From the NCBI GenBank assembly GCA_032718475.1, contig JAUCBJ010003268.1:1-34588 (forward strand): DNA of 34,588 bases, given 5' to 3'. The notes beneath the pieces are model-generated. The model had not been told where the DNA came from. It made no database searches and worked only from the letters and a program-made list of their open reading frames with translations. This DNA comes from Nemertoderma westbladi. Its lineage: Eukaryota > Animalia > Xenacoelomorpha. The stretch's first letter is position 1. Every line of letters begins with the position of its first letter. A program made the position numbers and the translations under genes. Below are positions 12,274 to 21,727 of the stretch, piece after piece.

Positions 12274-15200
12274 CTGTGCTTGATTCACAATCTTACCCTG
12301 GGCCTATCAAATCTGATGTGCTTGTTTCACAATCTTACACTGGGCCTACCAAATCTGATGTGCTTGTTTTACAATCGTCCCCTGGGCCTACCAAATCTGA
12401 TGTGCTTGTTTTACAATTTTCCCCTGGGTCTACCAAATCTGATGTGCTTGTTTTACAATCTTCCCCTGGGCCTACCAAATCTGATGTGCCTGTTTTACAA
12501 TCTTACCCTGGGCCTACCAAATCTGAAGTGCTTGCTTCACAATCTTAACCTGGGTCTACCAAATCTGATGTGCTTGTTTTACAATCTTACCCTGGGTCTA
12601 CCAAATCTGATGTGCTTGTTTTACAATCTTCCCCTGGGTCTACCAAATCTGATGTGATTGTTTTACATTCTTACCCTGGGTCAACCAAATCTGATATGCT
12701 TGTTTCACAATCTTACCCAGGGTCTACCAAATGTAATGTGCTTGTTTCTCAATTTTACTCCTGGGCCTACCAAATCTGATGTGCTTGTTTTACAATCTTA
12801 CCCTGGGCCTACCAAATCTGAAGTGCTTGTTTTACATTCTTACCCTGGGTCAACCAAATCTGATATGCTTGTTTCACAATCTTACCCTGGGTCTACCAAA
12901 TGTAATGTGCTTGTTTCTCAATTTTACTCCTGGGCCTACCAAATCTTAAGTGCTTGTTTTACAATCTTACCCTGGGTCTACCAAATCTGATGTGCTTGTT
13001 TTACAATCTTCCCCTGGGTCTACCAAATCTGAAGTACTTGTTTCACAATCTTACCCTGGGTCTACCAAATCTGAAGTGCTTGTTTTACAATCTTACCTTG
13101 GCCACCAAATCTGATGTGCTTGTTTTACATTCTTACCCTGGGTCAACCAAATCTGATATGCTTGTTTCACAATCTTACCCAGGGTCTACCAAATGTAATG
13201 TGCTTGTTTCTCAATTTTACTCCTGGGCCTACCAAATCTGATGTGCTTGTTTTACAATCTTACCCTGGGCCTACCAAATCTGAAGTGCTTGTTTTACATT
13301 CTTACCCTGGGTCAACCAAATCTGATATGCTTGTTTCACAATCTTACCCTGGGTCTACCAAATGTAATGTGCTTGTTTCTCAATTTTACTCCTGGGCCTA
13401 ACAAATCTGATGTGCTTGTTTTACAATCTTACCCTGGGCCTACCAGATCTGAAGTGCTTGCTTCCCAATCTTAACCTGGGCCTACCAAATCTGATGTGCT
13501 TGTTTTACAATCTTCCCCTGGGTCTACCAAATCTGAAGTACTTGTTTCACAATCTTTCCCTGGGTCTACCAAATCTGAAGTGCTTGTTTTACAATCTTAC
13601 CTTGGCCTACCAAATCTGATGTGCTTGTTTTACATTCTTACCCTGGGCCTACCAAATCTGATGTGCTTGTTTTACAATCTTACCCTGGGTCTACCAAATG
13701 TAATGTGCTTGTTTCTCAATTTTACTCCTGGGCCTACCAAATCTGATGTGCTTGTTTTACAATATTACCCTGGGCCTACCAAATCTCAAGTGCTTGCTTC
13801 ACAATCTTAACCTGGGCCTACCAAATCTGATGTGCTTGTTTTACAATCTTCCCCTGTGTCTACCAAATCTGAAGTACTTGTTTCACAATCTTACCCTGGT
13901 TCAACCAAATCTGAAGTGCTTGTTTTACAATCTTACCCTGGGTCTACCAAATCTGAAGTCCTTGTTTCACAATCTTACCCTGGTTCAACCAAATCTGATA
14001 TGCTTGTTTCACAATCTTACCCTGGGTCTACCAAATGTAATGTGCTTGTTTCTCAATTTTACTCCTGGGCCTACCAAATCTGATGTGCTTGTTTTACAAT
14101 CTTACCCTGGGCCTACCAAATCTCAAGTGCTTGCTTCACAATCTTAACCTGGGCCTACCAAATCTGATGTGCTTGTTTTACAATCTTCCCCTGTGTCTAC
14201 CAAATCTGAAGTACTTGTTTCACAATCTTACCCTGGTTCAACCAAATCTGAAGTGCTTGTTTTACAATCTTACCTTGGCCTACCAAATCTTATGTGCTTG
14301 TTTTACATTCTTACCCTGGGTCAACCAAATCTGATATGCTTGTTTCACAATCTTACCCTGGGTCTACCAAATGTAATGTGCTTGTTTCTCAATTTTACTC
14401 CTGGGCCTACCAAATCTGATGTGCTTGTTTTACAATCTTACCCTGGGTCTACCAAATGTAATGTGCTTGTTTCTCAATTTTACTCCTGGGCCTACCAAAT
14501 CTTAAGTGCTTGTTTTACAATCTTACCCTGGGTCTATCAAATCTGATGTGCTTGTTTTACAATCTTCCCCTGGGTCTACCAAATCTGAAGTACTTGTTTC
14601 ACAATCTTACCCTGGGTCTACCAAATCTGAAGTGCTTGTTTTACAATCTTACCTTGGCCACCAAATCTGATGTGCTTGTTTTACATTCTTACCCTGGGTC
14701 AACCAAATCTGATATGCTTGTTTCACAATCTTACCCAGGGTCTACCAAATGTAATGTGCTTGTTTCTCAATTTTACTCCTGGGCCTACCAAATCTGATGT
14801 GCTTGTTTTACAATCTTACCCTGGGCCTACCAAATCTGAAGTGCTTGTTTTACATTCTTACCCTGGGTCAACCAAATCTGATATGCTTGTTTCACAATCT
14901 TACCCTGGGTCTTCCAAATGTAATGTGCTTGTTTCTCAATTTTACTCCTGGGCCTACCAAATCTGATGTGCTTGTTTTACATTCTTACCCTGGGCCTAAC
15001 AAATCTGAAGTACTTGCTTCACAATCTTAACCTGGGCCTACCAAATCTGATGTGCTTGTTTTACAATCTTCCCCTGGGTCTACCAAATCTGAAGTACTTG
15101 TTTCACAATCTTTCCCTGGGTCTACCAAATCTGAAGTGCTTGTTTTACAATCTTACATTGGCCTACCAAATCTGATGTGCTTGTTTTACATTCTTACACT

Positions 15201-17227
15201 GGGCCTACCAAATCTGATATGCTAGTTTCACAATCTTACCCTGGGTATACCAAATGTAATGTGCTTGTTTCTCAATTTTACTCCTGGGCCTACCAAATCT
15301 GATGTGCTTGTTTTACAATCTTACCCTGGGCCTACCAAATCTCAAGTGCTTGCTTCACTTTCTTAACCTGGGCCTACCAAATCTGATGTGCTTGTTTTAC
15401 AATCTTCCCCTGTGTCTACCAAATCTGAAGTACTTGTTTCACAATCTTACCCTGGTTCAACCAAATCTGAAGTGCTTGTTTTACAATCTTACCTTGGCCT
15501 ACCAAATCTTATGTGCTTGTTTTACATTCTTACCCTGGGTCAACCAAATCTGATATGCTTGTTTCACAATCTTACCCTGGGTCTACCAAATGTAATGTGC
15601 TTGTTTCTCAATTTTACTCCTGGGCCTACCAAATCTGATGTGCTTGTTTTACAATCTTACCCTGGGTCTACCAAATGTAATGTGTTTGTTTCTCAATTTT
15701 ACTCCTGGGCCTAACAAATCTGATGTGCTTGTTTTACAATCTTACCCTGGGCCTACCAGATCTGAAGTGCTTGCTTCACAATCTTAACCTGGGCCTACCA
15801 AATCTGATGTGCTTGTTTTACAATCTTCCCCTGGGTCTACCAAATCTGAAGTACTTGTTTCACAATCTTTCCCTGGGTCTACCAAATCTGAAGTGCTTGT
15901 TTTACAATCTTACCTTGGCCTACCAAATCTGATGTGCTTGTTTTACATTCTTACCCTGGGCCTACCAAATCTGATGTGCTTGTTTTACAATCTTACCCTG
16001 GGTCTACCAAATGTAATGTGCTTGTTTCTCAATTTTACTCCTGGGCCTACCAAATCTGATGTGCTTGTTTTACAATATTACCCTGGGCCTACCAAATCTC
16101 AAGTGCTTGCTTCACAATCTTAACCTGGGCCTACCAAATCTGATGTGCTTGTTTTACAATCTTCCCCTGTGTCTACCAAATCTGAAGTACTTGTTTCACA
16201 ATCTTACCCTGGTTCAACCAAATCTGAAGTGCTTGTTTTACAATCTTACCCTGGGTCTACCAAATCTGAAGTACTTGTTTCACAATCTTACCCTGGTTCA
16301 ACCAAATCTGATATGCTTGTTTCACAATCTTACCCTGGGTCTACCAAATGTAATGTGCTTGTTTCTCAATTTTACTCCTGGGCCTACCAAATCTGATGTG
16401 CTTGTTTTACAATCTTACCCTGGGCCTACCAAATCTCAAGTGCTTGCTTCACAATCTTAACCTGGGCCTACCAAATCTGATGTGCTTGTTTTACAATCTT
16501 CCCCTGTGTCTACCAAATCTGAAGTACTTGTTTCACAATCTTACCCTGGTTCAACCAAATCTGAAGTGCTTGTTTTACAATCTTACCTTGGCCTACCAAA
16601 TCTTATGTGCTTGTTTTACATTCTTACCCTGGGTCAACCAAATCTGATATGCTTGTTTCACAATCTTACCCTGCGTCTACCAAATGTAATGTGCTTGTTT
16701 CTCAATTTTACTCCTGGGCCTACCAAATCTGATGTGCTTGTTTTACAATCTTACCCTGGGCCTACCAAATCTGAAGTGCTTGCTTCACAATCTTAACCTG
16801 GGCCTACCAAATCTGATGTGCTTGTTTTACAATCTTCCCCTGTGTCTACCAAATCTGAAGTACTTGTTTCACAATTTTACTCCTGGGCCTACCAAATCTG
16901 ATGTGCTTGTTTCACAATTTTACTCCTGGGCCTACCAAATCTGATGTGCTTGTTTCACAATTTTACTCCTGGGCCTACCAAATCTGATGTGCTTGTTTCG
17001 CAATCTTACCCTGGGCTTACCAAATCTGATGTGCTTGTTTCGTAATTTTACTCCTGGGCCTACCAAATCTGATGTGCTTGTTTCGCAATCTTACCCTGGG
17101 CCTACCAAATCTGATGTGCTTGTTTCGCAATTTTACTCCTGGGCCTACCAAATCTGATGTGCTTGTTTCGCAATTTTACTCCTGGGCCTACCAAATCTGA
17201 TGTGCTTGCTTCACAATCTTAACCTGG
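12274..17227. repeat. 42-bp minisatellite (about 118 units, CTACCAAATCTGATGTGCTTGTTTTACAATCTTACCCTGGGC) with 40-43-bp variants and higher-order duplications, filling a Kv intron
   Basis: Unit read directly. Near-identical ORF translations recur at offsets of 2313 bp (13410/15723, 13746/16059, 14083/16396) and 1556 bp (12954/14510). Confidence 0.97.
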
Positions 17228-17272
17228 TCAGGTGTGTTTGTTATATAATTGCGTGTTTTTATAGAATCTTAC

Positions 17273-17425
17273 CTTTTTCCGGCATTTCATATGCTGATAG
17301 AAAGTTTCAAAATTTGAGACAATAACGGGTACAGGAAGTGACGTCATGAGTACACCGAAAAGAGCACAGAAGAAACCTACTAACATACCAGTGTATGTAA
17401 CTGGTGTCATATCTCCGTATCCAAC
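17273..17425 (-). CDS. Kv3/Shaw K+ channel, selectivity filter and S6 exon (VGYGDMTP...[16 protein letters not shown]...CRKK)
   Basis: GYGD filter and PVP gate. Acceptor ttttactccccag, donor AAG|gtaaga, 153 nt, phase 0-0. Confidence 0.97.
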
Positions 17426-17975
17426 CTGGGGAGTAAAAAGGGTTGTGTATGTAATCAAAGCCAACAAAAAAAACAATAGAAGTAATGGGTGGTGCGTTCT
17501 GTATTATTATATTATTTAACTTTAATACCAAAATAACTTTCTACAAAAATTTCTGATTTAATGATTAAATGCTCTCCATGAAATACTGGTATTATTAATA
17601 TACAAATGTTTTTGCTTTACTAACTGCTTGGCTAGTTTTTATGCTTATTCGCTACACTTTGATTTAACACTTCAATGTAATTTTGGTAGCATGAAAACTA
17701 AATACAACTACAAAAAAATATAATATTTAATAAACAAAATCTAATTATTATCTAATAAAATCTAAGTAAGAAACATTATAATTACCTAAATTACAAAAAT
17801 TAAACATAAATAGTGCTTATGTTACTTTTAGAGATGCAATGCCTCGACCCCCGTATCAGTAGTAAATATATATTATATAAAATAAATCTTAAATCAGAAC
17901 AACAGCCCATATTTTATAAGAGATTAATAGCAGTAGGTAGGCCGTGGCTGTAGGTGACATACAAACAACACTTAC

Positions 17976-18502
17976 GGTTGTCATAGTAACGACAGCCCAC
18001 CAACTACCGATAATAATGCTATCGAATTTGGTATCTTTGGAGCGGAAGGGACCCGGTTTCAGTTGGATTTTCTCTGCGAAGTAGATCAACGATGAGAAAA
18101 AGACGACTCCGAGTAGAAGAAATAGCATCAACATAAGCAGTTCGGAGAAGGAAGCCTTTAGCGTGAGTAGGAGCACCTTGAGACCTGGACTAGTGCGAGT
18201 CAATTTAAATATACGGAATATTCTTATAACTAGTAGAAATTCTAGAATACCAGTAGCGTTTGATTTATTGTACATCAAAAATATAAAATCTATGTAAAAT
18301 ATCAGCGTGGCCGTGAAGTCTATGATGTTTACAGCGCCTCTGATGAAGACGAATCTATTTGGGGTTGATATAAATCTGACTGTGAACTCTATTGTGAACC
18401 AGAGATTGCAGACACAGTCGACGAGGAGCATGTAGAAGGTCGGCAGCGACGTGTCGATGAATAATGGCGCTGGGTCCGCGGAATGGGCGAACGATGAGTT
18501 AC
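17976..18502 (-). CDS. Kv3/Shaw K+ channel, S2-S5 and pore-helix exon
   Basis: CNLWFTIEF (S2), NIIDF (S3), IRIFRIFKLTR (Shaw-type four-charge S4), GLKVLLLTLKAS linker and WWAVVTMTT. Acceptor ttttatag, donor ACC|gtaagt, 527 nt, phase 1 to 0. Confidence 0.97.
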
Positions 18503-18570
18503 CTATAAAAGAATAATAATCCGTAAAATAAAACCCAATTCAAAACCATATCTGACCACTTGTGTTGTAT

Positions 18571-18916
18571 GTGGGGCGAGCCACGAAGTGAGCGAAGCTT
18601 TAGCATTTGGGTGCCATTAACGAGTTGTCTGTCGTCGTCGTCTGTCGTAAAATTTTTGATCGCTAATAACTCGGCCATTGCTTGATGAAATTAAACGAAA
18701 CTTGGTCCGTATGTAGTCCGTCAAAACATTAGAAAGAATCGGAAGTTTGGTAAAAACGAACGAACGTAACGAGTTTACAGTGGATACGAGTATCCATCTG
18801 CCATAAATCAGCAGTTACTTTCAGTTTCGAGATTTTGCATAGTTATAAAGGTCGTTAGTTTCCGTTTAGGGAAATTATTTTAAGACAAAACAGGACGAGC
18901 GCAAGCGGAGTTCTGT
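18571..18916. mobile_element. Probable interspersed repeat (Helentron/HINE-like appearance)
   Basis: GC-rich ends with GAGCGAAGC / GAGCGCAAGC motifs and an internal GTCTGTCGTCGTC microsatellite. Family assignment by resemblance only. Confidence 0.3.
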
Positions 18917-19766
18917 AAAACTAAAAATTTCATACTTCACTCCAAATAGCCCTACAGTAGTTAGTAGGTTTACAAATGACAGTTAAAGTGTGTAAGGGCA
19001 AACTGAAATGGATCTCTGTTTTTACAACTAGTTTATCGCAAACTGATAGCATCGCCTTCACTCATATATATTTTGGGAAAGACCGTTTCGTATATCTAAT
19101 AGAGATGAGTACACAGTACGTTCTAATATAGGCTCTCGTGCTGCGCGAAGGCCCCACGAACGTGCATATACTGTATATACCATACCGCCAATCAACTTGT
19201 AACCTGTTCAGCCTTTACGTGTACCTGCTACACCACACCCACTCACCCGTTCTACCCACCAACACCTACACCCCCGCCCTATATCTAGTCCCCACGCAAT
19301 TTATTTTAATGTATCATTGTTCCTGTATAATACAGTAGTCCAATTTTTACCCGGCCTTGGGTGTGTCTTACTATTACTTAATTACTTTAATGCATATCCA
19401 TGTACTGTACGATATACCGGTAATAGTCGAATCATCATTACTTGGGCACTTTGTACCGTCTGCAATTTGTCAAAGTGCAACTGGAATAATATAATATCAT
19501 ACTGTACTTTGTACCGAGGTAATAATACTTTTTGAGAGTAAAGATACGCCCAAGGCGAGACAAATATCGTAATTACAGTGAATGTAACAAAATATAGATT
19601 AGGAATAAACCGGTATCGCAATATTTTTTATTTTTATACATTCATGCAATACAATATACTGTGGAAGTAGTATATTTGATATTTGATAACAAAAGAAACA
19701 GTAAATTACATTCAATGCAAATAAAATGTATAGAGTACGAATACATCTCGGCCTATCTTATTTAAT

Positions 19767-20022
19767 AATAATAAGTGAATTGTTGCCATTTCTGGCAGAG
19801 CACGGGAATAACGAAGTTGTACTTTCCTTTGAGTCATTAGTTAGTCTAAATATGATCTCCTACTCCATAGCGAAATATTCATCCGGCCTGGTAGCTCAGT
19901 ACACTCACCCGGCTGATGATAACCAGAAGTTTGAAACCTAGGTACCGGGTTCGAGCCCCAATAGGGCCGGCTGATATTTTTCGCTATGGAGAGCATTATC
20001 ATATTGGCTTATTTACATTGTA
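19767..20022 (+). mobile_element. Retrozyme-like insertion of about 256 bp: inverted repeat, tRNA-like Pol III boxes and hammerhead ribozyme
   Basis: Flanked by an exact 13-bp direct repeat TATCTTATTTAAT (19754-19766 and 20023-20035). Imperfect inverted repeat at 19849-19888 / 19965-20005. A-box-like TAGCTCAGT and B-box GGTTCGAGCC. Confidence 0.65.
19904..19955 (+). ncRNA. Type I hammerhead ribozyme (short palindromic stem III form)
   Basis: Stem I ACCCGG(19907-12)/CCGGGT(19945-50), extendable by CTC/GAG. Core CTGATGA at 19913-19. Weak stem II AAC-CAGAA-GTT. GAAA at 19933-36. Stem III palindrome ACCTAGGT. GTA triplet with predicted cleavage after 19944. Confidence 0.78.
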
Positions 20023-20631
20023 TATCTTATTTAATTGTCTTTAAAATGGGACATGCAATTCGCAAAAACCTTGTATTAATTCTCAGAGTGAGAAATACAA
20101 AACTTTAGAAAAATATTATATTAATATAAGATTATAGTTTAATTTATGCGATTTAAATTGTTATTTGTCCTACATAAACTTAAACTATTTAATAACGGGA
20201 ATAAAACCTTTCGATTGTTTCTAAATCTACAACAACAAATAATTATATCTATATTTTATTAGACATTGTTGAATGTTTCATTAATTCCATCCAATAATTT
20301 TTATCCCGCCCAACAAAAATTATGTTTAGTTGTTGTAAATCAGTATAGCTCAGATGATAAATAAATCCTTCAGCGGTTACATAATGTAACGCCGCTGTAT
20401 TTCATCTTCTTTGCTAATGGCACAGCTGTTACAATGAGTCATACATCAGTCCATGGATTAATATGGGTGGGGTTGGCATACTTAATATGGTAGTATCATC
20501 CAATATAGCTTTATTGTTCCGGAAATCAGTTTATTATTCTATAAGAAGTTATTGTTAATTTAATTCATATTAGTCCTGGTATTATATATTCACACTATAA
20601 ATTGACAACTACTACACCATGCCCCGGAATA

Positions 20632-21639
20632 TAGTGTCGTCATTCAATGACACGACCCCCCCCCCCCCCCCCCCCCCCCTAATTTATCTACAAATCCTAA
20701 TTAGTTTGCATGACATTTGAAACAGAGAGTTTCACTTCCCGACCACTTCATGATGGGTGAAAGCTCGTTTCCGTGCTGCTTTTTTATGTGAGGTATTCTG
20801 AGCTTTTTTGAGCTGATTTTCTACCATTTTTTGAGCTGTTTTTGAGCTTTTTTTGAGCTTCCTTCAAGCTTTTTTGGAGCTTTATTCTATATTTTAGGTT
20901 TTAGCATTCGAAAATTCTCAGATTCATCTTGAAGCAATGAATTTCTAGAAATTGTTTAACTAAAAAAAGCTAAAAAAAAGCTAAAAAAAATCAGGTCGGA
21001 AACGGGCCTGAAACCAGAATTTTTATTTTTGCTTTAAATCTTTAGCTACAAGCGTTTAAAAAAGGTGTCTCCTGCGATATTACACTAGCACCGCGCCCGC
21101 AGCAGCTCCTCTTTTGCCTTATAGCTGTATGTTGGTACCAATGGAAAACTGGTCATGCAAGGATTCCAAATATGTAACACAATCTGAATTTCATTGAAAA
21201 ATAGCTGAGATATGAGCGTTCAAAAGTTGCATGGTTTTGTACATTGTTTTATATGCCATTTAATAATAATACACCATTGATATTTTGGAACATTTTGTTT
21301 ATCCCATACGTAGCTGGGCAACAATGCAATACTTCTTTAATTATACTAATGCGTAGCTATCTATATGCAAAAATGTTCCAGAATATGGTGTATTTATTAA
21401 ATAGAATAAAACAGCCTCGTGCAGGTACAAATACAAAGAATAACTGCGGTGAGACTGGTGCAATTTTTTAAAAGCTTGTAGCTAAAGATTGAAAACAAAT
21501 ATAAAAATTCTGGTTCACACACTAAGTGGTCGGGAAGTGAAACTATCTCTGTTTCAAATTTCAAGCAATCTCATTAAGATTTGTACAAAAATTAGGGGGG
21601 GGGGGGGGGGGGGGGTCGTGTCATTGAATTACTACACTA
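20632..21639. mobile_element. Non-autonomous DNA transposon with long (about 180 bp) imperfect TIRs containing poly-C/poly-G; TA flanks
   Basis: The left end TAGTGTCGTCATTCAATGACACGACCCC...TTTCACTTCCCGACCACTT is the reverse complement of the right end AAGTGGTCGGGAAGTGAAA...GGGGTCGTGTCATTGAATTACTACACTA. Symmetry resumes at 21009-21061 versus about 21466-21516. Confidence 0.85.
20762..21008. mobile_element. Small MITE nested in the left arm of the larger element
   Basis: Ends AGCTCGTTTCCG / CGGAAACGGGCC, internal TTTTTGAGC / AGCTAAAAAAA subrepeats, TGAA direct repeat on both sides. Absent from the mirror arm. Confidence 0.65.
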
Positions 21640-21727
21640 TATATTACGATGCATGGTGCTTTTATGTATTTAAGTTAATAAGAAATTTTACAAAACTTCC
21701 TATGTTCATAAATATTTGTTATTACTA

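Noticed and set aside
12199-16944. ORFs resembling leucine-rich repeats (LGLPNLKCLFYNL)
   Set aside because: This is an artefact of the 42-bp (14-codon) unit. The frames are broken repeatedly by 40-43-bp variants and lie inside a Kv intron.
19885-19968. Functional tRNA gene (Ile-like, possibly with an intron)
   Set aside because: The D-arm is incomplete, the acceptor stem is mismatched and there is no proper anticodon arm. The interior folds better as a hammerhead.
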